A stretch of 64,000 bases of DNA from Somniosus microcephalus (GCA_052327205.1 CM126210.1:207762001-207826000); one strand, 5' to 3'; shown: positions 1 to 14,434, counted from the stretch's first letter. Program-made: numbers and translations. Notes: generated from the letters alone by a model not told the origin.

Positions 1-758
1 CTAATCTTCATCTAGACTACAAGAACTTCATGGTCACTGGGTTGAAGAACCATTCTTAGCAAGAGCATCGCGTGGCAAACATTCTATTTGTAATTCGCCT
101 CCTTTACTGCAGGATGGAATCCTTAAAACCTCCAATTGTATTACTGTACATTTTAGATGAAGAGGTTGGATGTAAAACTGTGCAATTCAATGGCAGGACA
201 CCTAATTTCGGTGTCTGTGCACACAACGCACTGGAAACACGTAACTATAATTGAAAAATAAAACCATAAAAGGGTGTGAGGAGAAAGAGCAGTGAAATAG
301 GACTAAGTGAATAGCTTTTTCAGAGTGCAGGTGTGAAGGGCCGAATGGCCTCCTGTGCTGTATAATTCTAAGATTCTATATGTCCATTATCATAGAATGA
401 TACAATCGTGACGTTGCTGGCCCTTTGACAAAACTATCCAGTTAGTCCCATTTTAACAAAAGACCCATTTGATATTTGTGTTTTGACGTGACATTAGCAA
501 AATTTACACATTTGTGACACCACTAATAACAGGCTGATCCAAGAAGTCACAGTATCTGTGTTATGTACTGGAAATCAAAGACTTCGGATTGTCTCCGAGA
601 AAACCTGTGTTTCTGGAAGCAAAAGCACTCCACGTCAGCGCTGTGGTTATACTTTAAATGCACAAGAAGCTCTCTGGACTTTGGGTATGTGGGATGTGTC
701 TGGAGGGAGGCTGTGTACTCTGGCAAATAGAAACTCTACATGCTTGCATTTCTCAGTA

Positions 759-1094
759 CAGGAAACTTTGTGATATCCGGCACCGACGGGACCGAGCTGT
801 TGCCGATCTATCAAAACTGCCGGACAGACCAGCGTTAATGTTGAAGCATACGGAGGTTTTCATCTCCGTATCTGACAACAAACACTGTTGCTTAGCAACA
901 GCTTCTAAACAGTCGGCCTGTACCTTGGAAGCGTCTCTGTAGCTTAGCAACAGCTTCAGAGAGACTTTCCAGAGCCTGACTGTTGGAAAAAAAAGCCACG
1001 AGAAGAAAAAAAAACCTAACAAAACGGCTCCTGATTTCTGCCGGTAGATTGCGGTTTCTGGACATACAACCTCCAGATAAACCAAAGTTTCCTG
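759..1094. mobile_element. Tc1/mariner (pogo/Tigger-type) MITE
   Basis: TIR CAGGAAACTTTG/CAAAGTTTCCTG flanked by TA on both sides. Confidence 0.8.
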
Positions 1095-4000
1095 TAGTTT
1101 GGTTTAGAGACTATGAAACATGGTGATGGATTTCCCTGTGTGGGGTACCTGTCTGAAAATAAGCCAGTAACTTAATACAAAGCAGATTCCTTGGGATTAA
1201 AATCTCAAAATTAAATGCCATTATTATAAATTAATTAGCCATTGTATGAATTCTGGTTCTTGCCCTAGAACCACTGGAAAAATCACGAGAAGCACTTTAT
1301 TGGAGTGTTTGGAAAGTTCTGTATATGTTGTGAACTGACCACACAAGCTGTGACTGCTGGGCTATTTGGAAATTGTGAATATTCACACTGGAATACCTGC
1401 AAACTGGAATGATGGTTCTTTTTTTTAACGTCAGCAACTGACTATACATCGGTGAAAGTTAGTCAATAGTATATGAACCCAGTTCAATGAATTGTAAATA
1501 ACTGATATTTTTATTTTATAAAGGAAACTGAATCTCTATTACATGTTAGCAACTATGTTTGCTTTGCATATAAATAATTCTTGCTCATTATTTTAAAGTT
1601 ACTGCAAATGCTCTCCAGATATCAATATTGGTCGCTATTGTGACTATAAGTACGGCCTCTGTAAGACAACCAGTTACCAGTTTCAGAATTCAGGCTCCTA
1701 ATGCAGCTGTCTGACTAAAAGTGCTTTTCAATAGTGGCAACAAGGAACTATCAGTACAGTTAAAGATACATTTGCAGGATTGCCCATCAACCAAAAGACT
1801 GGGAAGATTCCTATTTATGGTTTCAGAAAAGGCCTGAATGGAAAGAACTGAGCAAATGACTCAAGCTGACAGCCTTGATCATCAGTTAAGCTGCCTTTCC
1901 TGATTTTCCAAGTGTAGTATTGGTAGGCCTGTAGATTGGGGGAAGTGGGTAGTATGCTATCTATCGTGCATTTACTGGTGATGGTCATTTCCTTGATAAC
2001 ATCTTTGCATTTTAAGTAGTTTAAAACTAGTCCTAAGTTCATTGAGTTACATGACTGATGTTTGTGACACGTCACAAGTAGTTAAGAATATACTGACTGT
2101 CAATAAAAGCAGGTATTTTTCTGATAATTGATACGATTTAGTAGTATTGGACCAAGCTCAATAGGAGCTGAAGAATGAAGTTTTTACCTTGCTGTAAGCA
2201 GTTGTAATCAATTCTGATGCACTGGTTAATTTGCTAAATTGTACTGATCGGAGCTTTTTACAATCTGATCACTGCGATAATGCAGCATTCAGGCTCTAGC
2301 CTTAATGTTTAAACTGGAAGTCTTATTCACACTGTGAAAATCAAATGTGTATGAAATGGCTGTTTACAATGATATAAATCTGATGCTAATAGCTTCTTTA
2401 TGTCCAGCAAAGAAGCTGTGCTTTAAATGTTGAAAAATGATCACAGATCATGATACCTGATTTGCTCTTGTCTGGTTTACCAAGCAATAGATATTCTAAA
2501 GAGGAAAATAAAATTGAAGTTCTTTTAAAGAGTCACTTTAGAAGTGGTGGGCACTGGTACAGAATTGCATATTGCAGTTCTCAATTAAACCTTCCCTTTC
2601 CCCCTTTAAAATGGATTTATTATAATCCTCTTCCCATGTGAAGCTGTGGTCCCTTTACGTAGAGTAATATTCTGAATCAGTTGAATGGTGAGGTTATTGA
2701 TACTGGATCACTGGGTGTATGATGGGATTGATGTCAGAAGTGTAATATTTCACTAGTGATCTGCTTTTTAGATGTTAGCAAATCTAGCTGTGTATTGTTA
2801 CAATGGGATCCTTGTTGCTGATTTTGATAGTGTATAGGTATAGTGCCAGTAGTTTTCCTTATTTGATATAGGTCTTGGTGTGAGAGGTGCACACTCCTTA
2901 GCAAGCATACTCACTTGTTTTTTTGTACCATATTTATTTTGTGATGGATGGGTGCATGTATTTGGCAGTTGCATGTATGTTTACACTTCATAGAATGAGA
3001 TAATTTACTGTTTTGATCACCTATGTAAATTCAAATATTAGCAGATTGACAGAAATGGAACTTTTTATTAATCCTTTCTTCAAAAGGTTAATTGAAATAT
3101 CCAAATTATGTAAAATGCACGTGTGTGTGCGCTAGAATCTGTGATCCCTCTCCACTTTCACTAGATTATTTCACTGAGGAGTATATATGTTCCTCTCTGT
3201 GGAGTTTTCCTTTAATGAGTGCAGTGAAAGTATTTTTCCTTTGGTTTCATGCTTTCTATACCACTTTCTGACATTTGTTGTTTAAATGGTGTGTCCATTG
3301 TATAAGGGGATTTATATTACTGTTCCAATCTATACATTAATTTCCTTAAAGATATTTGGGGGCTTTTGACTAGCTGTTTTTTCTTGTTCATTTAAAGCCT
3401 GCCTGTTCTCATTTACCTGTGGGAAAGTGTTGAGGAACAGTTCTGAATCTTGTCAGTGAGATTTTGTATTTGCAATGCCACTTCAATGGTGTATCCCTGC
3501 CAGTACTACAAACCACCCGGGCAAGAGGACATTCAAAGCCACTCAACCGGAGAGAGAGAGAATTCTGTATTTGCAGATAGCTTTATAAATATTTCAGTCC
3601 ATGCAAAAATATAGCACAAATCTTAATTTGTAAATCCAGTTGGGTAAATTGGTTGGTTTCTGGATTAATTGATTGGATTTGCTGCAAAAACATCTGGATT
3701 GCTCAGAAACTTGTTTGGTGAATCCAGTACCCAGTACTCGCAAGAGCCATCGTTAGTTTTGAAGATTACCTTCAGAAGAGTTTTGCAGTTTTATTTTGAT
3801 TGTTTTGTGTATTAAGTCTGAAACCTCTAGCTGGTGAAAATAAAATTTTATTGTGCTCAACAAAAATGACAATTGGCTTTCATTTAAATTATTCAGATTT
3901 AGATAAAATGTATCCTTAATCTGTTCTCGTGTCACTGACCTCAACAATGCCCAACTTTCACAATGAATGTCACAGGAAGGAGGTTTATGTGTGGGTGCTA

Positions 4001-5084
4001 AGTAAATGTTACCAATACAAGGTATTGCCCTTTGGACCTTGATCCCTTTTTCAGGGTTTTCACAAAACAGATCAGTGATGACTAAATGAGACTGAATTTC
4101 AGGTAATGATGTCACGTCTTGGATGGTTAAGAGCAGATTAGCATAGTCCAAGCAGCATTCAAAAACAACCACAAGTCTTCAGCCAAAGGCAGGTGACCAG
4201 ACCTGCCGTAAAAGGGATGAATTTTTCGGAGGGAGGTGGCGGAGGGGTTTAAGGAAGGCAGTGAGAGAGGACCAGCCATGATCGTATTGAATGGCGGAGC
4301 AGGCTCGAAGGGCCTACTCCTATTTTTCTATGAATTCCACAACAAGGGGCCCAAGTGGTTGCAAGCAAGGCTGGCAGTGAAACCAAGTCAGGAAAGGAAT
4401 TTCAGGGGGAAATGGTTTACCATGCTGCAGAGAGCAGTTAGGCGCCAACCACATTGCTGCGCATATGAGTCACATATAGGCCAGACCAGGTAAGGATGGC
4501 AGGTTTCCTTCCCTAAAGGACATTAGTGAACCAGATGGGATTTTAACAACGATCGGGTAGTTTCATGGTCACCATTACGGATATTAGCTTTTTATTCTAG
4601 ATTTATTTAATTAAATTTCCCAGCTGCCAGTGGGATTTGAACTCATGTTTCTGGATCATTAGTCCATGTCTCTGGACTACTAGGATGAATGAAGCAAGTC
4701 ACTGCCCTATGCAGCAAGACCTGGTCAACATTCAGTTTTGGATAAGTGGCAAGTAACATTCCTGTCGCAATGACTATCTCCACCACTGGAGCCGAACCAA
4801 CTTCCCATGATATTCAATGGTATTACCATTGTCCCCACCAGCAACTTCCTGGTGGGACGACAACAACAACTTGTATTTATATAGCACCGTTAACGTAGTA
4901 AAATGTCCCAAGGTGCTTCACAGGAGTATTAAGACAAAAAATGACACTGAGCCACATAAGGAGAAATTACAGCAGGTGACCAAAAACTTGGTCAAAAAGA
5001 GGTAGGTTTTAAGGAGCGTCTTAAAGGAGGAAAAAGGGGTAGAGAAGCGGAGGTTTAAGCAGGGAATTCCAGAGCTTAGGGCCT

Positions 5085-6230
5085 AGTCCTAGACTCCCCA
5101 ACCAGCAGAAATAGTTTCCCTCTACCCTATTCTTTTCCCCTGAATGGCTTGAAAACTTCGATCCAGGGAATACAACCCTAGTTTGTGTAATCTCTCCTTG
5201 TAATTTAACCCATGGAGGCCAGGTATCATTCTGGTAAATCTACACTGCACTCCCTCCAAAGCCAATATAAGGTGTGGTGTCCAGAACTGCTCACAGTACT
5301 CCAAATGTGGTCCAACCAGGGTTTTCTACAGCTGTAACATAACTTCTGCCCCTTTGAATTCTAGTCCTCTCGATATAAATCCCCCTAGATTCCATTAGCC
5401 TTTTTTATTCTCTACCTGTTCACTACATTTAATGATCGATGTATCTGGAACTACACTGTTGCTAACTTTTCACCTTTTAGAAAGTGATCACTGTTAGGTG
5501 AGGGCTTTGGGGTATATCACTGTGTGGCATGTGGGGTATATTGGAGTTAGTGAGGAGTGTGGGCTATATCACTGTTACAGTGTGGGGTGTGGTTATATGT
5601 CTGTGGCCAGGACCCAGGACGAGCCCAGCAGCGAGGTCAAGGCCCAGGAGTGGCGCTGCGTGGACCAGCAGCGGGGTCGGGGCCCAGGGAAGGTGCAGCA
5701 CGGGCCAACAGCGAGGTCGGGAGGACCACAATGCATCCTACGAAACCCAGGCAGAGAGGACAGTAGCAGTGTGTACACGCTAGGCCGTTGTAGCAGAGCC
5801 TGGTCTCCAATCGTCTTGGATCCCCTTGCCATTGGACCAAAACCTTGCTCTGTCAAGCCCGTGTGGTAGCTGGTGTAGAACGGCCACCCCACATTAAAAG
5901 AATTCACACACAGGCATCTTCCACCCTTTAAAATGAACGTCATGGACAACCCCAACAGTGACAGACCGGAACGCCGTAATGCTATCGTTGCCCGGGAGCT
6001 CAGACGTTTCAACCACCGTCTGCCCCACCTGTGACAGAGACTGTAGGTCCCGCATTGGACTCATCAGTCACCTGAGAACTCATTTTTAATGTGGAAGCGA
6101 GTCATCCTTGGTTCACAGGGACTGCCTAAGAGAAGATGATGATTTAGAAAGTACTCTGTTCTATCCTTTTTTTAGGTCCAAAGTGGATGACCTCACATTT
6201 GCCTACATTGAAATCCATTTGCCTGCAGTT
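5085..6230 (-). mobile_element. CR1 LINE fragment, host of the RTE insertion
   Basis: EYC.QFW.P..LEGVQ.RFTRMIPG..LGLYSL remnant; boundaries approximate. Confidence 0.75.
5486..6142 (+). mobile_element. Internally deleted RTE-clade LINE derivative
   Basis: 10-bp TSD TTTAGAAAGT (5476-5485 and 6143-6152); ORF-start remnant MDNPNSDRPERRNAIVARELRRF fused to the C-terminal CPTCDRDC..HLRTH segment and a short gaagatgatga tail. Confidence 0.75.
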
Positions 6231-6334
6231 GTCCTGAAGTCCTGTTCAGCTTGTGGAATTTTAGAGTGCAAGTTCCCATGGTCTTTGCCAATTCTTACGG
6301 ACACAGACTAATTTTCCAAAACACACCACCTAGT

Positions 6335-7328
6335 ATTTTAAACAAGGTAAACTTTTAATAATCTGATTTATCCTAATTTAGTGACAATATATCAAACAAA
6401 TGTTTTTAAAGAAAATTTCCAGGTTCAGGATGATTAGTAGTAGAGTACAACAAATCAGAAGCTACAAAATAAACAGGATCATATAATTCCTTTATATTTC
6501 AATACAGCTTTACAACCATTGAAAAAAAAGTGCCTCATTTGTACAAATTTTGGCAAATCAAACTTGACGTAATGAGAAACTGTTAAGCTTTTCTTTGAAA
6601 ACAATATAAACTTTTAAAAAAGATATGAAGTGCCATAATATATAATCCAAATAAATAATCAAGATATTGCAACAACCCCACACAGCACTGTTTCCAAAAT
6701 CTTGTCTAGCCATGATTGTTTTTCGTAGCAAAGCACCCAGAAACATCAACATGACAGTGCTTTTAACAAACTGCTACATTTTGTACTGCAAGTTTACGAC
6801 GGTGCACACAAGAGAAAGCAACTATCAAAGGTAAACCAAAAATAGAATTGAAAAAAGTTGTCAAAACATACAACACATAAAACTTCAATATATTGTAGAA
6901 AATCATCTGTAAACATATGCAGCTTGAAATTTGCACCACAGTTGTTAATTACCCACATTTCAGTGCCCATAGATCTGAACTCCATTTACCATAATTGCAT
7001 ACGAAATAGTACTGTACATTTATTTACAGGGCTGTTCAATCATCCATTACAATGGAAATGAGACAGATTCACAACTTTATTTTAAAAATGATCTCCCAAC
7101 AAGTGAAACAATTACCTAATTGACACTTCCTTTGCACTGCAATAGATATCGTAATGTTCACACTCAAAATTGCTATGGCAAAACACTTCAATCGCGTTGG
7201 CTACAAAAGCTCAGCTTTTGCAGTCATGGTAAGCTCACCATGACCAAGATATCTGCACACACAATAAAGATGCGGCTGAGCAAAAACTGAAATGAGCACC
7301 CGCCAATGCCTCGAGTGGATTAGAGTTG
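6335..7328 (-). other. REV3L: Probable REV3L 3' UTR with candidate poly(A) signals
   Basis: AT-rich, repeat-free sequence after the stop; minus-strand AATAAA at 7076-7081 and 7019-7024 and ATTAAA at 6354-6359; the actual end is not determinable. Confidence 0.6.
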
Positions 7329-7469
7329 TCAAAACTGGTCCAATAATTGACGAAGGTAAGGGGCCTTAGTAAGGTCACGGCTTACGCTGAACAGCTTATA
7401 CAGGACCGGGCAATCCAGCGAGACACACTGAACTTGTCTGTCCACACAGCCTGTGCAATTCCTGCAAAT
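7329..7469 (-). CDS. REV3L: REV3L last coding exon with CysB (4Fe-4S) motif and stop codon
   Basis: ICRNCTGCVDRQVQCVSLDCPVLYKL...APYLRQLLDQF-TGA; the 17 exons total 2652 nt and stay in frame. Confidence 0.97.
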   Translation of the reverse strand: MCRNCTGCVDRQVQCVSLDCPVLYKLFSVSRDLTKAPYLRQLLDQF

Positions 7470-7789
7470 CTAAAAACAAGAGACTTCTGTGAGTAATCAG
7501 GGATTCAAAAGAAGGCAAAAACTTTCTAACAGCTGCGGTCTGTCAGGCACTAGGAATTTACAGAAAATGAACCACAAAATGCTGTTTGGCTGCACAGCTC
7601 CCACGTGCTACCTGAGCAAATAGGTTATGCTAACTATATTAGAAGTGGCTGATTTTCCACAAACCATTATCTGGTGCATTTGGTTTATGAAAAGGGAGGG
7701 ATGGAGTGGTGTGGGAAGAGAGAGGTGAAAGACAGACACACATACAGCCTCAAAGACACAAAGGGGGAAGAGGTAGAGAGGGAATGGGA

Positions 7790-9580
7790 CAAGGAGCTAG
7801 TGGAGAAGACGACATGTAAAGGAGGAATAAACCTGCATTTATAGGAGCACCTTTCAGGATAGTAAGAGGAGGGGTGGGGCTGATTAGGGACCAAAAAGGA
7901 GATCTACGCATGGAGGCAGAGGGCATAGCTGAGGTACTGAATGAGTACTTTGGCTGTATCTTCTTCCTTGGTAAAGACAGATGCAAAGTCAGTGAAAGGA
8001 GATAGTTGAGATATTGGATGGGATAAAAATTGATAGAATGGCTGGCTGTACTTAAAGTAGATAAGTCACCAATGGGATGCATCCTAGGATGCAGAGGGAA
8101 GTAAAGGTGGAAATTGCAGAGGTACTGGCCATAATCTTCCGATCCTCCTTGGATACGGGAGTGGTGCCAGAGGACTGGAGAATTGCAAATGTTACACCCT
8201 TGTTCAAAAAAGGGTATAAAAGATAAACCCAGCAACTACAGGCCAGTCAGCTTAACCTCAGTGGTGGGGAAGCTTTTAGAAATGATAATCCGGGACAAAA
8301 TTAAGAGTTACTTGGACAAATGTGGATTAATTAAGGGAAGCCTGCACAGATTTGTTAAAGGCAAATCGTGTTTAACCAACTTGATTGAGTTTTTTGATGA
8401 GGTAACGCAGAGGGTTGATGTGGTGTACATGGACTTCCAAAAGGCATTTGATACAGTGCCACATAATAGGCTTGTCAGCAAAGTTCAAGCCCATGGAATA
8501 AAAGGGACAGTGGCAGCATGGATACAAAATTGGCTACGTGACAGGAAACAGAGAGTAGTGGTGAACGGTTGTTTTTCGGACTGGAGGAAGATATACAGTG
8601 GTGTTCCCCAGGGAGCAGTACTAGGACCACTGCTTTTCTTGATATATATTAATGATTTGGACTTAGGTGTACAGGGCACTATTTCAAAATCTGCAGATGA
8701 CACAAAACTTGGAAGTATAGTGAACAGTGAGGAGGATAGGGATAGACTTCAAGAGGATATAGACAGGCAGGTGGAATGGGTGGACACGTGGCAGATGAAA
8801 TTTAACGCAGAAAAGTGCGAAGTGATGCAATATAAACTAAAGGGTACAATTCTAAAGTGGGTGCATGAACAGAGAGACCTGGGGGTATATGTGCACAAAT
8901 CATTGAAGGTGGCAGGACAGGTTGAGAAAGCGGTTAAAAAAAGCATACGGGATCCTGGGCTTCATAAATAGAGGCATGGAGTACAAAAGCAAGGAAGTTA
9001 TGATGAACCTTTATAAAACACTAGTTCGGCCACAAGTGGAGTAGTGTGTCCAATTCTGGGCACCGCACTTTAGGACGGATGTGAAGGCTTTAGAGGGTGC
9101 AGAAAAGATTTACGAGAATGGTTCCAGGGATAAGGGACTTCAGTTATGTGGACAGACTGGAGAAACTGGGGTTGTTCTCCATAGAGCAGAGAAGGTTGAG
9201 AGGAGGTTTGATAGAGGTGTTCAAAATCATGAGGGGTCTGGACAGAGAGAAACTGTTCCCATTGGCGGAAGGGTTGAGAACCAGAGGGGACAGATTTAAG
9301 GCGATTGGCAGAAGATCCAAAGGCGACATGAGGAAAATTCTTTTTAGGCAGCAAGTGGTTATGATCTGGAATGCACTGCCTGAAAGGGTGGTGCAGGCAG
9401 ATTCAATCGTGGCTTTCAAAAGGGAATTAGTTAAGTACCTGAAGGAAAATAATTGCAGGGCTACGAGGAAAGGGCAGGGTGCAGGACTAGCTGAAGTGCT
9501 CGTGCAGAGCCGGCCCCAGCCCCAGCTTGAAGGGCCGAATGGCCTCCTCCTGCCCTCTAACCAATCTAGGATTCTATAGA
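7790..9580 (+). mobile_element. 5'-truncated CR1 LINE (RT region plus 3' tail)
   Basis: NYRPVSLTS, YMDFQKAFD, GVPQG and ADD motifs with frameshifts; gggccgaatggcct 3' tail. Confidence 0.93.
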
Positions 9581-10529
9581 ACATGCCAAAGTACTTCACA
9601 GCCAATTACTTTTGAAATGTTGTCACTGCAAACCCAACAGAAAGCTCTCACAAACAAGAATAATGACCACTTAATCTGTTTCAGCAGTGTTAGTTAAGGG
9701 AAGAAAGGATGTTTACCAGGACACCACAAGGTAACATCGAAAATTTAAATCTCAGACATTGAATTCAACACCCCTAACAGAAACAAGTTTTTAAATCAGT
9801 TGTTAGTTCACAGAATCTACCATGACAGGTAACCGCTACAAATAAACATTTCTCTTTCCTCCCTCTTTTCCTATTCCTCTCTTCCACCACCACCCCCCGA
9901 ATTGACTCTGGCCTCTTGTGCATCTCCCAACTACCACACCATTTGCGCCACGCCTTCAGCCACTATGCACCACGCTCTGGAATTCCCTCCCTAAACCCCT
10001 CCATGTCCTGCTGCTTAGTCTCCTTAATGCCTACCTCTTCAACTAAACCTTCGCTCACCCATCCTAATATCTCCCTGTGGCTGGGAGTTCTTTCCCGCCC
10101 CCACCCCCAACCCCTCACGCTTCTGTGAAGCACCATGGGACTTTTTTTTCTTATATGATAGAATGTTATATAAATGCAAGTTGTTGCTGTTGTTAGCACT
10201 ACAAACATATTACTTCCAATTTGGGCTCAAGCCCCATAACCTAGGGATTGAGGTCACAATCTAGGCTGATACTCCAGGAAGTGTAGCGTTGCCAAAAGGT
10301 GTTGTTCTATTGATGAGATTTTGAAGTGACACGTCACCTGCCTGCTCTGGTGGTTCAGGTAGATAGTAAACTATCCCATGGTACTATACAAAGACAGAGA
10401 ATTCTGGTGTCCTGGCCAGCATTGCGCCCTCAACCAGCATCACAAACAGAAACTCTCATGGTTACTTGAGGAATATTACTGTTGTAGAATGGTTTCTACA
10501 TTTTGCCTACTTAACCACTGGAAAATATA

Positions 10530-13262
10530 ATTTTTTATTCATTCCTGGGATGTGGGCATCGCTGGCAAGGCCTGCATTTATTGCCCATCCCTAATTACCC
10601 GAGAAGGTGGTAGTGAGCCGCATTCTTGAACCGCTGCAGTCTGTGTGGTGAAGGTACTCCCACAGTGCTGTTAGGGAGGGAGGTCCAGAATTCTGACCCA
10701 GCGACGATAAAGGAACGGTGATATATTTCCAAGTCAGGATGGTGTGTGACTTGGAGGGGAACATGGAGGTGATAGTGTTCCCATGCGCCTGCTGCCCTTG
10801 TCCTTCTAGGTGGTTGAGGTCATGGGTTTGGGAGGTGCTGTCGAAGAAGCCTTGACGAGTTGCTGCAGTGCATCTTGTAGGTGGTACACACTGCAGCCAC
10901 GGTATGCCGGTGGTGGAGGGAGTGAAAGTTTCAAGTGGTGGATGGGGTGCCAATCAAGCGGGCTGCTTTATCCTGGATGGTGTCGAGCTTCGAGTGTTGT
11001 TGGAGCTGCACTCATCCAGGCAAGTGGAGAGTATTCCATTACACTCCTGACTTGTGCTTTATCTGTGGTGGAAAGGCTTTGGGGAGTCAGGAGGCGAGAC
11101 ATTTGCCGCAGAATACTCAGCCTCTGACCTGCTCTTGTTGCCACAGTATTTATGTGGCTGGCCCAGTTAAGTTTCTGGTCAATGGTGCCCCCTAGGATGT
11201 TGATGTTGGAGGATTCAGAAATGGTAATGTTGAATGTCATGGGGTGGTGGTTAGATGCTCTCTTGTTGGAGGTAGTCATAGCCTGGCACTTGTGTGGTGC
11301 TAATGTTACTTGCCACTTATCAGCCCAAGCCTGAATGTCATCCACGTCTTGCTGCATGCGGACATAGACTGCTCATTATCTGAGGAGTTGCGAATGGAAC
11401 AGAACACTGCAATCATCAGCGAACATCCCCACTTCCGACCTTAGGATGGACAGAAGGTCATTGAAGCAGCTGAAGATGGTTGGGCCGAGGACACTGCCCT
11501 GAGGAACTCCTGCAGTGATGTCCTGGGGCTCAGATGATTGGCCTCCAACAACCATTGTCCTTTGTGCTAGGTATGACTCCAGCCAGTGGAGAGTTCCCCC
11601 TCCGATTCCCATCGACTTCAGTATTACTTGGGCTCCTTAATGCCACTCGGTCAAATGCTGCCGTGATGTCAAGGGCAGTCACTCTCACCTCACCTCTGGA
11701 ATTCAGCTCTTTTGTCCATGTTTGGACCAAGGCTGTAATGAGGTCTGGAGCCAAGTGGTCCTGGCGGAACTCAAACTGAACATCGGTGAGCAGGTTATTG
11801 GTGAATAAGTGCCACTTGATAGCGCTGTCGACAACACCTTCCATCACTTTGCTGCTGATTTGAGAGTAGACTGATGGGGCAGTAATTGACCAGATTAGCT
11901 TTGTCCTGATTTTTGTGGACAGGACATACCTGGGCAGTTTTCCACATGGTCGGGTAGATGCCAACGTTGTAGCTGTACTGGAACAGCTTGGCTAGATGCG
12001 CGGCTAGTTCTGGAGCACAAGTCTTCAGCACGACAGCTGGGATATTGTCAGGGCCCATAGCCTTTGCTGTATCCAGTGGGCTCAGCCATTTCTTGATATC
12101 ACATGGAGTAATTCGATTTGGCTGAAGACTGGCTTCTGTGATGGCGGGGACCTCAGGAGGCAGCCGAGATGGATCATCCACTCGGCACTTCTGGCTGAAG
12201 ATGGTTGAAATTGCTTTAGTCTTGTCTTTTGCACTCACGTGCTGGGCTCCGCCATCATTGAGGATGGGGATGTTCATGGAGTCTCCTCCTCCCGTCAGTT
12301 TAATGGTCCACCACCATTTATGACTGGATGTGGCAGGACTGCAGAGCTTTGATCTAATCCGTTGGTTGTCGGATCGCTTACCGCCGTATATAGCATGCTG
12401 CTTCCATTGTTTAGAACATAAGGAATAGGAGCAGGTGTAGGCCATTTGGCCCCTGAAGCCTGCTCCGCCATTCTATAAGATCATGGCGGATCTGAACTTG
12501 GCCTCAACTCCACTTTCCTGCCCGCTCCCCATAACCCGCGACTCCCCTGTAGCTCAAATATCCGTCTATCTCCGCCTTGAATATATTCAATGACTCCGCC
12601 TCCACAGCTCTCTGGGGTAGAGTATTCGAAAGGATTCACAACACTCAGAAGAAATTCCTCCTCATCTCTGCTTTAGCACGCATGTAGTCCTGTGTTGCAG
12701 CTTCCCCAGGTTGGCACCTCATTTTTAGGTACGTCTGGTGCTGCTCCTGGCATGCTCTTCTACACTCCTTATTGAAGCAGCGTTGGTCGCCTGGCTTGAT
12801 GGTAATGGTAGAGCGAGGGATATGCCAGGCCATGAGGTTACAGATTGTGGTGGAATACAATTCTGCTGCTACTGATGGCCCACAGCGCCTCATGGATGCC
12901 AAAGTTTGAGCTGCCTGATCTGTTCTGAATCTATCCCATTTAGCACAGTGGTAGTGCAACACAACACGATGGAGGGTGTCCTCAGTGTGAAGACGAGACT
13001 TTGTCTTCACAAGGACTGCGGTGGTCACTGCTACCAGTACTATCATGGACAGATGCATCTGCGACAGGTAGATTGGTGAGGACGAGGTCAAGTAGGTTTT
13101 TCCCCCTCATGTTGATTCTTTCACCACCTGCTGCAGGCCCAGTCTTGCAGCTATGTCCTTCAGGACTCAGCCAGCTCGGTCAGTGGTGGTGCTACCGAGC
13201 ACTCTTGGTGATGGACATTGAAGTCCCCCACCCAGAGTACATTCTGTGCACTTGCTACCTCA
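10530..13262 (-). mobile_element. 5'-truncated CR1/L2-group LINE (second family), frameshifted
   Basis: KAMGPDNIP, ALDI.AAFDRV, GVPQGSVLGP and MFADD on the minus strand; the same 3' end recurs at about 23600-23820. Confidence 0.9.
12414..12670 (-). mobile_element. CR1 3'-tail fragment nested in the LINE above
   Basis: aacataaggaataggagcagg... is the reverse complement of the CR1 tail seen at about 61080-61160; host LINE sequence resumes afterwards. Confidence 0.8.
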
Positions 13263-14434
13263 AGTATTGTGTCAATACTTTGAATGGGTTCAACACTGTA
13301 ATGTGCTGTATAAATGCAAGTTTATTTATAATTAGATACTAAGCAATGTTTAGAACAGTTGATCATTAGCTAAAGAAAGCTAGAAAAATAAGTGAATTCT
13401 TTTATTTACAGAAGATGCACAGCATGTGCAACAAACAGCAAGAGATTTCAGGCATAGACCCTACAAAAGCACTGGCTTGTCTGCAGCTGAAACTTCAATG
13501 CTGATGCACATTACCAGTATTTAGAATGTATCTGGCATTTACAGCAGTCTTGGTATATCTCCATGCATTAATATAAACGCAACTTTTGATCAGGGTCCTT
13601 TGTGATCATGTGGTTTATTTATGTAATTGGAATGGGGAACACTCCAAGCCGTTTTTGATATGAAACCCACACAGTGTAGGTTAATGGCTGGTAGGTTAAC
13701 CCCTGTAAGTTTGCGGCAGAACTTTCACCCACCACCTCACGATGACCTGTCTCAGTTTCCTGGGCTGAGGGTAATATTAGCTATTCATGGCAGGCTCCAA
13801 GTATACCAGTGGCCCGCAGGGAAAGCCAGTGGTGCTGTAATGGTATCACCGCTGCACTGCTAGAAGAGGTGGGAGTCACATTAAAAGGGCAGAAGAGTCC
13901 CGAAGACAGGAACAACTGTCGCACTGAAGGCCTCGGCTGAGACCTTCAACAGGCAAGTGTTGGGGATGAAATGGTGGGAGAGGAGGTCACTACACAGCCC
14001 TTTCCTTTGCCCCTGCTAGTGGCCACCCCTTCCCTGCCCGCAAACATAAATGCTGGTGGGGAGGCAGAATCCAGGATCGCAGCGGATCTTCCTGCCATCT
14101 GCCCCTCGGCCCTGCCAGGTGAAGCCTGGCAATAATCTCTGGGGTAGTGGTAGGGAGGCCCCGAAACGGGGAGGGGGAAATCGAGCTTGGGGCATAGAGG
14201 CAGTGGTAGGCCTCACCACTGGACTTTCCCCACTATTCTGCACAATTTGGGGTGGGATAGGGGAGGAAAATCCAAACCCAAGTGTTACTTCAATAAAATT
14301 ACGAGTGACCATCATTAATAAAAAGAACAATATTGAATTAAAGTCAATTTTGGCCCAATACGTTATTGTTTTAGCCTCTGGCTTTTACCTAGAGTAACAG
14401 CTTAATTTGCAGCCATGTGATTTAGTGAAAGTAC

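Noticed and set aside
558-1085. Overlapping short ORFs as a gene
   Set aside because: They overlap a MITE and show no recognisable domain.
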